This document shows positions 18,104-27,154 of a stretch of DNA of 47,263 bases, one piece after another. The position numbers were made by a program, and so were the translations under genes. The number at the start of each line of letters is the position of its first letter. The first letter of the stretch is position 1. The DNA is from Acidovorax sp. (GTDB lineage: Bacteria > Pseudomonadota > Gammaproteobacteria > Burkholderiales > Burkholderiaceae_C): the NCBI GenBank assembly GCA_030150585.1, contig JASLFM010000190.1, positions 1 through 47,263 on the forward strand, read 5' to 3'. The notes beneath the pieces were generated by a model that was given only the letters and a program-made list of their open reading frames with translations, was not told where the DNA came from and did not search any database.

Positions 18104-20781
18104 GGAGCGTGGGTGACGGATTGATTCAGCACTTTCACTACGCGCCGGATGCTCCCATCGCCTTTCTCCACCGGCGCGGCAACGAAGCCCATTGCGTGAG
18201 CGAGAGCCAGCATCCGGGTGTTCTCGCGCAGCACGACGCCAGCCAGCCGAATGACGCCCCGGCTGCGCGCATGCTCAATCAACTGACCAAGCAACAGCGT
18301 TCCCAACCCGACGCCTTTGAGGTCGGAGCGCACGACGAGCGCGAACTCGGCCTCGATACGGTCAGGATCGCACACCGTTCGGCCGATCCCCAGCATTTCG
18401 AGACCACCGTCCGAGCCGGGGGCGTCCACGATGAAAGCCATCTCACGGTCGTAGTCGATCTGCGTCATTCGGGCCAACTCGCTGTGCTGCAGCGCTGGCC
18501 TTGCCAGAAAGAAGCGTAGACGCAGGTCATCCGGGGCTAGGCCTTCCAGAAACTGCCGATGCCGCGGCTCGTCTTCGGGCCGGATCGGCCGTATCGTGAT
18601 CGTGCGGCCATTCCAGCGATAGTTGCGCACCCATTCGCTGGGATAGGGCAGGATGGCGAAGTGCTCAGCACCGGCGGGCTCCGTCTTTGAGATGCGCACG
18701 CGTGCATCCAAGGCCAGCACACCGCGTTCATCGACCAACAGTGGATTGATGTCGAGCTCCGCGAGTCCCGGCAGGTCGGCCAGCATCTGCGACACCGCGA
18801 TCAGCACGTCGTAGAGCGCATCCACATGGGCGGCCGGGCGGTTTCGATAGCCCGCCAACAGGCGCGACACGCGCATGCGCGATACGAGTTCACGCGCCAG
18901 GCTCCGGTTCAGGGGGGGCAATGCGGCGGCGCTGTCCATTGCGACCTCGACCGCAGTCCCTCCCTGGCCGCACGCAATGACCGGACCGAAAACGCTATCG
19001 ATGGTGGCGCCCACGATGAGCTCATGCGCGTTGGGGCGAACCACCATCGGCTGCACGATGAAGCCTTCGAGGTGCGCGTCGGGGCGAGCCGCTTTCACAT
19101 CGCTCAGCATCTCGCCGATTGCCTTGCCGAGGGATGACGCGTCGTGAATGCCGAGTCGTACACCGCCCACATCCGACTTGTGGGGGATATCCTGCGAGGC
19201 TATCTTCACCGCGACGGGGTAGCTCAGCTCGCGCGCCGCCGTGAAGACAGCTTCTGGGGAAAGGGGGACGGTGGTCGTGGGAACGACTGGAATGCCGTAG
19301 GCCTGCAGCAGGTCGCGAACCTGCTGTGCGCCAAGCCATTCACGCCCTTCGGACAGCGCGGCATCGAGCAGGCTGCGCGCCTTGGCGCCATCGGGAGCGG
19401 AACTCTCGCTCGTGGCGGGTGTCTCCATCAGCATGTCCTGATTGCGGCGGTAGGTTTGCAGCATCCCGAAAGCCTGCACCGCCTCCTCGGGTGTCGGATA
19501 GTCGGGCACACCGGCTTCCTCAAACAACTGGCGGGCGCCCGCGACTGTGCTGCCGCCGAGCCAGACACTCATGACCCTTGGTGCGGCCGCTCTGATCAGT
19601 GGCAGACATGCACGCGCGATGTCATCGCTTCGGACGATAGCGGTGGGGGCGTGCAGGAACAGCACCGCTCCGCTTGACGGATCGCCAAGCACAGCGGACA
19701 GCGCAGCCGTATAGCGCTCGACTGGCGCATCGCCGAGAATGTCTACAGGATTGCCGTGAGACCAACTTGCAGGCAATTGCGCACTCAGGCGATCGAGCAG
19801 CGCCGCGCCGGGGGCCGCCAATTGAATGCCGGTGCGCTCGGCCGCGTCGGCCGCCAGCACGCCAGCGCCACCTCCATTGGTGAGGATGGTCAGCACTTCA
19901 TCGCGGTTCTCTCTGAAACGCGCGAGCGTTTCCGCCGCAGTAAACAGGGCCTGGAGCGTGTCGACCCGAAGCATGCCGGCGCGCCGGATGGCGGCGTCGT
20001 AGACCGCATCGGCGCCAGCCAGCGCGCCAGTGTGCGAAGCGGCTGCACGCAGTCCGTGCTCCGTCCGCCCGGCTTTGACTACGATCACTGGCTTGTTGCG
20101 GGCTGCTGCACGAGCCGCGGACATGAACTTGCGTGGCGACTGCACCGACTCGATGTAGAGCAGGATGGCGCGCGTTGCGGAATCGCTGCCCAAGTAGTCC
20201 AGCAAGTCACCGAAGTCGACATCCAAACTGTCGCCGATAGACACCATATGGGATAGCCCGATCCCACGGCTTCTTGCCCAGTCAAGCATCGCAGTGACGA
20301 GCGCCCCCGATTGTGAAACGAATGCGATTTCGCCAGGCAATGCATCCGTATGTGCAAAGCTTGCGTTGAGGCCGACGTGGGGACTCAAGAGGCCAATGCA
20401 GTTCGGCCCGAGCAGCCGCATGAGGCAAGGCTTGCTGGCATCCAGGACGGCCCGCTTTTGAGAATCGCTGAGGCCCGCAGTCATGATGACCGCCGCCCGT
20501 GTTCCACGATTCGCAAGTTCTGCCACCAGAGGTGCAATCGTGTGGGCGGGCGTGCACAGCAGTGCAAGTTCCGGTGCTTCGGGCAGATGTGCTGCATTGG
20601 CGGACACAGGCACGCCATCCAGCGTGCTGTACTTGGGGTTGACCGCATAGACCGGGCCGGCGAAGCGTCCTGCACGCAAGTTGCGCCAGACCGTGGCACC
20701 GACGCTGCCGGGACGACGGGACGCACCGAAAACGGCGACGGAGCCCGGAGTGAGCAGGAGGTCGAGATGGCGAATTGTCAA
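18100..20781 (-). CDS. Pat/PatZ-type protein lysine acetyltransferase (NDP-forming acyl-CoA synthetase-like domains fused to a C-terminal GNAT)
   Basis: It lies in the frame of ORF 18100..21291. The start is placed at TTG 20781, 6 nt after a GGAG, giving (M)TIRHLDLLLTPGSVAVFGASRRPGSVG, the usual CoA-binding opening of this family. An ATP-grasp middle region follows. The C-terminal GNAT has VVRSDLKGVGLGTLLLGQLIEHAR. Length is about 893 aa, as for E. coli PatZ. The upstream 170 codons of the track ORF look non-coding. Confidence 0.82.
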   Translation of the reverse strand: MTIRHLDLLLTPGSVAVFGASRRPGSVGATVWRNLRAGRFAGPVYAVNPKYSTLDGVPVSANAAHLPEAPELALLCTPAHTIAPLVAELANRGTRAAVIMTAGLSDSQKRAVLDASKPCLMRLLGPNCIGLLSPHVGLNASFAHTDALPGEIAFVSQSGALVTAMLDWARSRGIGLSHMVSIGDSLDVDFGDLLDYLGSDSATRAILLYIESVQSPRKFMSAARAAARNKPVIVVKAGRTEHGLRAAASHTGALAGADAVYDAAIRRAGMLRVDTLQALFTAAETLARFRENRDEVLTILTNGGGAGVLAADAAERTGIQLAAPGAALLDRLSAQLPASWSHGNPVDILGDAPVERYTAALSAVLGDPSSGAVLFLHAPTAIVRSDDIARACLPLIRAAAPRVMSVWLGGSTVAGARQLFEEAGVPDYPTPEEAVQAFGMLQTYRRNQDMLMETPATSESSAPDGAKARSLLDAALSEGREWLGAQQVRDLLQAYGIPVVPTTTVPLSPEAVFTAARELSYPVAVKIASQDIPHKSDVGGVRLGIHDASSLGKAIGEMLSDVKAARPDAHLEGFIVQPMVVRPNAHELIVGATIDSVFGPVIACGQGGTAVEVAMDSAAALPPLNRSLARELVSRMRVSRLLAGYRNRPAAHVDALYDVLIAVSQMLADLPGLAELDINPLLVDERGVLALDARVRISKTEPAGAEHFAILPYPSEWVRNYRWNGRTITIRPIRPEDEPRHRQFLEGLAPDDLRLRFFLARPALQHSELARMTQIDYDREMAFIVDAPGSDGGLEMLGIGRTVCDPDRIEAEFALVVRSDLKGVGLGTLLLGQLIEHARSRGVIRLAGVVLRENTRMLALAHAMGFVAAPVEKGDGSIRRVVKVLNQSVTHAP

Positions 20782-20998
20782 AGTCAACTCCAAATGCAGG
20801 CGCGCCTGTCGTCGCAATGGTCGGCATGTCTCCGGGGAGGGGGAGCCACGGGCTGCACCCCGGCGCTCAATGGCCTGGCTCAGGGCGACGGGCCTGCGCC
20901 TCTTCAACCATTGCCGGTCCAAGATGAGGTGGCAGCGTCGGCATGGGATCTCCTCATTGGCAGAGGACTGACGATGCCGCATCCGATTTGCAGTGCAC

Positions 20999-21029
20999 TT
21001 GCGCTGGCGCAATTGCGGATGCTGCGCAA
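20999..21029. promoter_or_regulatory. Tandem palindromes TTGCG-CTGG-CGCAA (20999-21012) and TTGCG-GATGCTG-CGCAA (21013-21029)
   Basis: Read directly in the 417-bp divergent pat/usp spacer. Confidence 0.35.
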
Positions 21030-21124
21030 GCCATTGGCGGCGGCTGCATTCTGGGGATCGCACCAGGCCCGTGAGTTTCCTGAGAATGGGCGAAAGGCAA
21101 AGTGGCACCTCAGTTCTAGAGCTC

Positions 21125-21138
21125 TTGACGGTGGTCAG
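21125..21138. promoter_or_regulatory. Candidate FNR-family box TTGAC-GGTG-GTCAG
   Basis: Its centre is 67.5 nt upstream of the tandem-usp ATG (21199). Confidence 0.5.
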
Positions 21139-21198
21139 AATATTGATGTGAACGGCGGCTACTTTCGGGGTATCTGGTCCCTTCGATTGGAGTTCGAA

Positions 21199-22035
21199 AT
21201 GATCAAGGTGCCGCGCCAAATCCTCGTTCATCTCGACTCGACAAAAGCTTCTGCTTTGCGCCTCGAGATTGCTTTGGGCCTTGCCGAGCAATGGGACGCC
21301 GAACTTGCAGCGCTCTATGCCGTGACGCCGGCATTGGTGACGCTGTCATATCCTCCGGATATCGCGGCTGCTGCCACAAATGTGGCGCTTCTGGATGCGG
21401 AGTGTCGCGAGAGGGCGGCCCGAGCCTTCCAGGCCGCGCTGCCAAAGTCGTGGGTGGCCGCCACTTGGGCGAGCGCTGAAGTCATGTCTGTATCCGGAGT
21501 GGTAGCGAAGCAAGCGCTGTATGCCGACTTGCTGATACTTGGTCAGCCTGATCCAGGTGATCCAGCTGCAGCCAGGCTGCCGCCAAGTTTCGTATCGGAT
21601 GTTCTGATCGAAAGTGGAAGGCCCGCACTCGTGATCCCGTTTATCGGTACGCCAAGCGTTCCAGGTAAACGAGTTGTGATTGCCTGGAAAGATACACGCG
21701 AAGCCGCCCGGTCGATGTACTTCGCCTGGCCCTTTCTTCACGCCGCTGAAAGTGTCCATGTCATCGCCTGGGGGGACGACTCAGACGGCGTCGAGGGGGA
21801 CGCGTTGAAACTCAGGACCTACATGACTGCACACGGCGTGCGGGCGGAATGGCACGTTGAGGCGCATGAACCTGAAAAGACTGGCGAGATGCTGCTTTCG
21901 CGCACGGCTGACCTTGGCGCGGATCTACTGATCATGGGATGTTATGGCCATGGACGGTTGCGCGAGTGGGTTCTCGGTGGAACCACACGGTCAGTGCTGG
22001 ATGCCATGACGATACCGGTTTTGATGGCCCATTGA
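21199..22035 (+). CDS. Universal stress protein, tandem UspA domains
   Basis: It lies in the frame of ORF 20350..22035. ATG 21199 follows the RBS GGAG. The 278-aa product has two Usp halves, the second ending ADLLIMGCYGHGRLREWVLGGTTRSVLDAMTIPVLMAH. Confidence 0.85.
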   Translation: MIKVPRQILVHLDSTKASALRLEIALGLAEQWDAELAALYAVTPALVTLSYPPDIAAAATNVALLDAECRERAARAFQAALPKSWVAATWASAEVMSVSGVVAKQALYADLLILGQPDPGDPAAARLPPSFVSDVLIESGRPALVIPFIGTPSVPGKRVVIAWKDTREAARSMYFAWPFLHAAESVHVIAWGDDSDGVEGDALKLRTYMTAHGVRAEWHVEAHEPEKTGEMLLSRTADLGADLLIMGCYGHGRLREWVLGGTTRSVLDAMTIPVLMAH

Positions 22036-22094
22036 CCTTAGGGGACCAGGCGCCAGGGCCATCGATGCAAAGCGACAGCCTCTATCGGGGCGTG

Positions 22095-22526
22095 CTATTG
22101 AATGACGATAGGCGTGGAGCCATTGCGGCTTGCTTTCTTGGGCAGTTCAAGCGTCAGCACACCGTCCATGTACTTTGCATTCACCTTTGCTTCGTCGACG
22201 TTCTGACCAAGACTGAAGGTGCGGGAGATGACGCCGTAGTGGCGTTCGCTACGCAGGACCTTGTCACCATTGCCAACGGTCTCCTTCTCACTTTTCATTT
22301 GCGCTTCGATGCTGACGACATCGCCATCGACTTTGACTGCAATGTCCTCCTTCTTCACGCCAGGGATGTCCGCCTTTACCTTGAATGCCTTGTCGCCTTC
22401 GGTGACATCGATGCGCATTTTCATATAGGGTGAATCAGGTTCGGTCATGCCAGGGGAGAAGAAGCGACGGATAGCCGCTTCAACGTCATTGCCGAAGAAC
22501 GGGTCCAGTACTCTCAAATTGCTCAT
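22095..22526 (-). CDS. Small heat-shock protein, Hsp20/alpha-crystallin family
   Basis: 143 aa with an alpha-crystallin domain (AFKVKADIPGVKKEDIAVKVDGDVVSIEA...ERHYGVISRTFSLGQNVD...AKYMDGVLTLELPK). A strong RBS GAGGAGG precedes it. Confidence 0.92.
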   Translation of the reverse strand: MSNLRVLDPFFGNDVEAAIRRFFSPGMTEPDSPYMKMRIDVTEGDKAFKVKADIPGVKKEDIAVKVDGDVVSIEAQMKSEKETVGNGDKVLRSERHYGVISRTFSLGQNVDEAKVNAKYMDGVLTLELPKKASRNGSTPIVIQ

Positions 22527-22624
22527 TTCAGCCTCCTCATGAAAAGATGATTGAAGCGGCGCAGGTAATGCAACACCGCAAGGCCCTGTTCACGTAGAAA
22601 GCGGGAGATGCGTTGTACCGCTGC

Positions 22625-22633
22625 GGGGGGGGG
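22625..22633. repeat. Homopolymeric G9 (C9 on the hsp20 strand) tract in the hsp20 upstream region
   Basis: Counted directly: ctgcGGGGGGGGGcacc, about 100 nt upstream of the hsp20 ATG. Confidence 0.9.
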
Positions 22634-22779
22634 CACCTGCTTCGTCGTGCGGCGTGGCAATGGCCCAAGCTATTGGCGCTCTGCGTGCCTTGCACTGCAT
22701 CCCAGCATTCGTCCTTCGCACTCCCGCTTTCCAGATGAACAAGCGCTGAATCACTATAGAAGGGCGGCTTCCTCGAGAA

Positions 22780-22793
22780 CTGACGCTTCTCAA
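22780..22793. promoter_or_regulatory. Candidate FNR-family box (hsp20-sense TTGAG-AAGC-GTCAG)
   Basis: It lies about 260 nt upstream of the hsp20 ATG, so it would imply a long leader. Confidence 0.3.
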
Positions 22794-22876
22794 CAATCGA
22801 ATGCTGGAGAGGATTGCAGAGGAGACATCTTCGGCGCCAATTCCTCGCGCGCACCAGGATCAGCGCGCTGGTTCGC

Positions 22877-22890
22877 TTGATCCTTATCAA
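22877..22890. promoter_or_regulatory. Consensus FNR/Anr box TTGAT-CCTT-ATCAA
   Basis: Perfect match to the classical TTGAT-N4-ATCAA consensus. Its centre is 70.5 nt upstream of GTG 22954, the proposed kinase start. It lies inside the longest possible ORF (from 22801), which argues for the downstream start. Confidence 0.6.
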
Positions 22891-22953
22891 GGCATATCCG
22901 GTGCGCTGGGGTGTACCTTTCGTACTCGAACATGCAGACAAGGCCCGTCTTCT

Positions 22954-25170
22954 GTGCCCGTACGTTCATACAAGCCGACTATTCGGCGGCTATTGATCCA
23001 GCTGGTGCTTGCTTGCCATCTGCTGGCATTGCTCGCGGGTGCAGGTGTCGTCTATCTGGGGTATCTGCATCAGCGTTCGGAGATGACGCAAGAGACCGTG
23101 GACAAGGCCGCGTGGCTTGCACGTACTCTGCGAGGCCGGATTGAGGATACACAGGCTGCTTTGAACCGGCTCGGAACCTTGGTGCCAGCCAGTGGCGACC
23201 TTGCTGACTTTCATCGCAGTGCCAGGACGCTCGCAGCGGAGCTTCAGGCAGATGCAATTGTGTTGATCCGCCCCTCCGGGAAACAGGTGGTCAATTCATT
23301 CTTCGAACTCCGGAACACCCCGGCCCGTGTGATGCCTTCTGATTTCACGGAAGTATTTCGCACGGGAAAGCCTGCGGTGGTGAACCTTCTCATGAGCCCT
23401 GTCAGCAATACGCAGGTCATCGCAATGGGTGTTCCCATCAACCGCGATGGGCGGCCAGCCTACGCCCTTTTTGCGATACTGGATGCTCACCGTCTACAAG
23501 CGCTTGTAGAACAGATTCCGGTCCCCGCCAGCTGGATTGTTGCCATTGTTGATGGAAATGGCCGCATTGCTGCCAGGAGTCCTCTGCGGAACCACCTCGT
23601 TGGACGCAAGCTCCCTGAGTCACTCCAGCAAAACCTAGAGGGACAAGCCTTCGGAACGTTCGAGGGCGTCACTCTGGATGGAACCCCGGCGGTAGCGGCT
23701 TACCACACGCTGCCCTCGATCGGATGGTCAGCGATTGTCAGCATCCCGCAGAGCGAGTTCTATGCCGCCGCTCAACGCGCAGCAGCAATGCTGGCCGCTT
23801 CACTTGCCCTCATGCTGGCAATCAGTTTGGCCGGAGCCTTGTGGCTGCAGCGCAAGCTGGTTCGCTCGATTTGGCAATTGCGCGATGCGGCGTCCACCCT
23901 GAGCACCCACGATTCCGAGATGGGAAGCCTTGCCTTTCGCGAGGCAGATGAGTTGGGCGAGGCCCTGAAAAAGACCGCCCATACCGTCGAGGCTTCCCGC
24001 TATGCCCTCTCTCGCAGCGAGCGTCAACTGGCTGGAATTCTCCACACAGCTAGGAGCGCCATCGTTGTTACCGATGCGCAGGGCCGCATACAGATGTTCA
24101 ACGCCGCAGCGGAGACCATTTTCGGCTACTCGCAACCCCGCGTGCTGGGGCGCCCGTTGCATGCGCTTTTTACCGAAGAGGGATGGGTGATATACAGCCG
24201 GGAAGCCGAGGCATCAACCGGTTGCGGCGATCTTGATGAAGTAAGGAGCACTACAGCACAGTGCATGCGCTTCGGACACATTCCATTTCCTGCAGAGTTC
24301 TCTGTCTCGGCGACTGAGGATGCGGACGGGCAGCGCATCTTCATAGTGCTTTTGCGCGATATCACTGCGCGTGTGCAGGCACAAGAGGCATTGCTGGCAG
24401 CCCATCGTGAACTGGATGAACTCAATCTCCGATTCGAGCGGATGCTCTTCAAGGAGTCGGACCTGTGGCATGCAGAAATCGCGAGGGAGCTGCACGATTC
24501 GGTGGGGTCGGCCTTGACGGGCATTGCGATGCTGCTCCAATCGGCACGCTGTCGCATGGAGTCACCACGTGCCGTGGAGACGCTGCTTGACAAGATGCAG
24601 GAGCAGTTGAAGCTCGCTTCAGAGCGGGTGCGACAACTTGCGCGGGGCATACTGCCTGCGGGAGAGGAAGCGGGTGCGCTGCGTCATGCGCTGGAGCAGT
24701 ATGCGAGCGATGTATCCGAAATGCGTGCTATCCATTGCGGCTTGCGAGCCCGTGGTGATTTTTCGGACATCCCTGCCAGTGCCGCTGGCCACGTCTTTCG
24801 CATTGTTCAGGAAGCTGTCACGAACGCGGTACGGCATGGAAGGGCAAGGTCGGTCCAGATTCGGCTTTTTCGCGCAGGTCACCAGTGCGGACTGACAGTG
24901 CGTGATGATGGCGATGGGTGCGACTTCTCCCTTCTGCCTCTTGAGCGGTTGGGGCTTGGCCTCAAGTCCATGCAAGCTCGGGCGAGGGCGCTGGATGGGA
25001 CGCTTGTCCTGCGTGGCCGCTGCGGCCACGGTTGTATAGTCCGACTGCGGTGGCCCGCCCAGCCAAGGAAAGCCCTTGTCTCCGATGATGCTCCGCCACG
25101 CGATGCGCGTTTGCCGGCATCAGGTGCATCGATTCATCCGTCCGTGAAAAGCGATCCACACCAGTCATGA
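22954..25170 (+). CDS. Sensor histidine kinase, NarX/DosS class (periplasmic Cache-like domain, HAMP, PAS, HisKA_3, HATPase)
   Basis: GTG 22954 gives a short basic N-terminus and then TM1 (LLIQLVLACHLLALLAGAGVV). A second TM (MLAASLALMLAISLAGALWL) is present, followed by PAS (ILHTARSAIVVTDAQGRIQMFNAAAETIFGY), an H-box (EIARELHDSVGSALTGI) and a G-box (GLGLKSM). The longest ORF starts at 22801, so the start is uncertain. Confidence 0.85.
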   Translation: MPVRSYKPTIRRLLIQLVLACHLLALLAGAGVVYLGYLHQRSEMTQETVDKAAWLARTLRGRIEDTQAALNRLGTLVPASGDLADFHRSARTLAAELQADAIVLIRPSGKQVVNSFFELRNTPARVMPSDFTEVFRTGKPAVVNLLMSPVSNTQVIAMGVPINRDGRPAYALFAILDAHRLQALVEQIPVPASWIVAIVDGNGRIAARSPLRNHLVGRKLPESLQQNLEGQAFGTFEGVTLDGTPAVAAYHTLPSIGWSAIVSIPQSEFYAAAQRAAAMLAASLALMLAISLAGALWLQRKLVRSIWQLRDAASTLSTHDSEMGSLAFREADELGEALKKTAHTVEASRYALSRSERQLAGILHTARSAIVVTDAQGRIQMFNAAAETIFGYSQPRVLGRPLHALFTEEGWVIYSREAEASTGCGDLDEVRSTTAQCMRFGHIPFPAEFSVSATEDADGQRIFIVLLRDITARVQAQEALLAAHRELDELNLRFERMLFKESDLWHAEIARELHDSVGSALTGIAMLLQSARCRMESPRAVETLLDKMQEQLKLASERVRQLARGILPAGEEAGALRHALEQYASDVSEMRAIHCGLRARGDFSDIPASAAGHVFRIVQEAVTNAVRHGRARSVQIRLFRAGHQCGLTVRDDGDGCDFSLLPLERLGLGLKSMQARARALDGTLVLRGRCGHGCIVRLRWPAQPRKALVSDDAPPRDARLPASGASIHPSVKSDPHQS

Positions 25171-25808
25171 GCAAGACGGTTGTTGTTATTGATGACCACG
25201 ACATCATTCGCTTCGGCTTGGAGGCGTTGCTTTCTGTTCGACCGGACCTTTGTATCGTCGGAGCCGCCAGTTCCTTGAAGCGAGGGCTCTTGTTGATTGA
25301 GGAGAAAAAGCCCGATCTCGTTATCACTGATATGGGTACGGGTGATTCTGGCGGCCTCGACACAGTGCGCGCTGTGGTTGCAGCACAGGCCGATCGTGCG
25401 ACCCTTGTACTGAGCATGCAAGACGAGATGCTGTACGGTGAGCAGGTTCTTGCATTGGGTGCCCGTGGCTACGTCATGAAAGACAACGCGCACGCCGACA
25501 TCGTGCCGGCTGTACATGCGGTGCTTGACGGCGGGATCTGGATGAGTCCGCGCCTAGGGGCTCGTTTGCTCAATCGGAATCTGAAGCGCATGCGTGTGAG
25601 TCGTGACGAAGGCGGTGATACACCCGGCTTGAGCGTGCGTGAGACGGAGGTGCTGGAGTTGCTCAAGCTGGGAAAGTCCACAAAAGAAATCGCTACGGCG
25701 TTGAAGCTCAGCACACGCACCGTGGACGTCCATCGCGCGAACATCAAGCGCAAGTTGGGACTGCGCACGGGAGCGGAGCTTATCGCGTTCGCATCTCACC
25801 ACATTTAG
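25167..25808 (+). CDS. NarL/LuxR-family response regulator
   Basis: The start overlaps the kinase stop (ATGA). The REC domain has DDHD, the acceptor Asp in LVITDMG and Lys in YVMKD. The C-terminal LuxR HTH reads LSVRETEVLELLKLGKSTKEIATALKLSTRTVDVHRANIKRKLG. Confidence 0.92.
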   Translation: MSKTVVVIDDHDIIRFGLEALLSVRPDLCIVGAASSLKRGLLLIEEKKPDLVITDMGTGDSGGLDTVRAVVAAQADRATLVLSMQDEMLYGEQVLALGARGYVMKDNAHADIVPAVHAVLDGGIWMSPRLGARLLNRNLKRMRVSRDEGGDTPGLSVRETEVLELLKLGKSTKEIATALKLSTRTVDVHRANIKRKLGLRTGAELIAFASHHI

Positions 25809-25910
25809 AGGGTCTGCCTCTTGGCGCGGCCTCAATGGCCCCAGAGCCATCAGCTCATAGCAGACATGGGCATGGCGGATTGAACGAGGCAAATGCGTCC
25901 ATTGCTGGGA

Positions 25911-26687
25911 TCATTCCAGATAGCCTTTCGCACTCAGCCCATAGTGGTTGCACAACCCCTCGGTGTCAAGAATCTCGATGTGGCGTCGATGCACATCGAT
26001 ATAGCCCTGCTTGGCGAAAGCGGTAAGGCTGCGACAGACAGTCTCCAGAGTCATGCCGAGGTAGCCGCCTATCTCCTCGCGGGTCATGCGCAGTTGGATT
26101 TCACGGGCAGAGTAGCCTCGCTCTTGCATGCGGCTGGCCAGGTTGAGAAGGAAGGCGGCGACGCGCTTCACGGAATGCGTCGTGGCGATCAGGGACATCA
26201 CACTGCGCTCGCGCACCAGCTCGGTGGTGATCAAGCTGTTGATATGGTTGCGCACCAGGCGGTATTTTTCCGCAGACTCGTTGAGTTCGAAAAATGGCAC
26301 GGCGCATACCTCGGAGTCCTCCATGGCTGCGGCGGTTGATGGATGATGACCATTGGCGAGTCCATCAAACCCTATGATTTCTCCGGGCAGATGGAAAGCA
26401 ATCACTTGGTCGCGGCCTTCCTTCAAGGTGACGGTCGACTTGAATGTCCCCGCCCGAACGGCATACATGAAGAAGAACGGGTCTCCTTCGCGGTAGATAG
26501 CTTGCCCCTTGCGTACTCGGCGCTGGCCGATCTGCAACCGCTCGAATTCGGTGCCACTATCCGACCATGAGGGCAGGCAATGGCTGCGCACTGGGCAAAG
26601 GGCACAACGTCCCGGCGCGTGGTTCGCAGACGGTACAAGGGGCAGCGCATGACTAGCGGCATGAGATGTCTGGACGTCCATGGGCAT
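25911..26687 (-). CDS. fnr: FNR/Anr-type oxygen-sensing CRP-family regulator with an Fe-S cysteine cluster
   Basis: 258 aa. The N-terminal C28-x2-C31-x5-C37 (RCALCPVRSHC) plus C128 in MEDSEVCAVPF matches the FNR [4Fe-4S] ligand pattern. It has a cNMP-like barrel, and the HTH recognition helix reads LETVCRS. Confidence 0.88.
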   Translation of the reverse strand: MPMDVQTSHAASHALPLVPSANHAPGRCALCPVRSHCLPSWSDSGTEFERLQIGQRRVRKGQAIYREGDPFFFMYAVRAGTFKSTVTLKEGRDQVIAFHLPGEIIGFDGLANGHHPSTAAAMEDSEVCAVPFFELNESAEKYRLVRNHINSLITTELVRERSVMSLIATTHSVKRVAAFLLNLASRMQERGYSAREIQLRMTREEIGGYLGMTLETVCRSLTAFAKQGYIDVHRRHIEILDTEGLCNHYGLSAKGYLE

Positions 26688-26953
26688 GGGCCTTCAACAA
26701 AGGCAACGAGCCTGGATGGCTCATCATTGAACGGATTTTTGATTGGGGCTAGCCGGCGCGACTAAGCATAACTACGTGGCGAATATCGGTACTTGGCAGT
26801 AGTGTGGGTAGCTACCAGATACCGGAGCTCTGCTCAGGCAGTTCACTTGGATTCGGCAGCCGCTTCTGCCTTCCTGGGGACTGGATGGATGCATGGAGCG
26901 CCCCAGAAGCGCTGAACCCCAATGAAGCTTGGCTCCACGGGGCCGTGCCCGAA

Positions 26954-26967
26954 TTGACGGGGCGCAG
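26954..26967. promoter_or_regulatory. Candidate FNR-family box TTGAC-GGGG-CGCAG
   Basis: It lies in the 467-bp divergent spacer between fnr (ATG 26687) and the OmpR-type regulator (GTG 27155). Confidence 0.35.
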
Positions 26968-27154
26968 ACAATGAGAAATTCCCCCTCGCTCATCTTGGCA
27001 ATGCTGCCGCTTCCGATGCCGGAGAGGCTCGAGCGCGACCCGGGCTGAAGCACTTGGCGGGAATAGGCTCCGGTAGCCGCGTGGGCCGCGTCAGGGGTTG
27101 GGCTTGCGGTAGGGTGGCATTGATGTACAGCCAAGGCACAAGTAACATGGTGCG

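Noticed and set aside
20782-21291. N-terminal extensions of track ORFs. These are 18100..21291 (Pat, 170 extra codons), 20350..22035 (USP, 283 extra codons), 1976..3247 (holB), 6885..8426 (tolB), 8380..9018 (pal), 4024..5166 (ankyrin) and 38127..38897 (BON).
   Set aside because: The extensions have no family similarity and they overlap neighbouring genes or regulatory spacers. Internal starts with RBS-like sequences and canonical N-termini (signal peptides, lipoboxes, family-typical openings) explain the genes better.
22527-22560. FourU/ROSE-like RNA thermometer in the hsp20 leader (CUUUUC immediately 5' of the GAGGAGG Shine-Dalgarno).
   Set aside because: The U-run and the SD are separated by only 2-3 nt, which is too short for a hairpin loop. 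No ROSE-type conserved elements were recognisable. RNA folding of the mapped leader would be needed to revisit this.
26970-27047. 25-codon ORF (MRNSPSLILAMLPLPMPERLERDPG) directly after the box at 26954, and the 120-aa minus-strand ORF 26772..27134 in the fnr/ompR-type spacer.
   Set aside because: No RBS, no conservation evidence is available, and the composition resembles the surrounding non-coding DNA.
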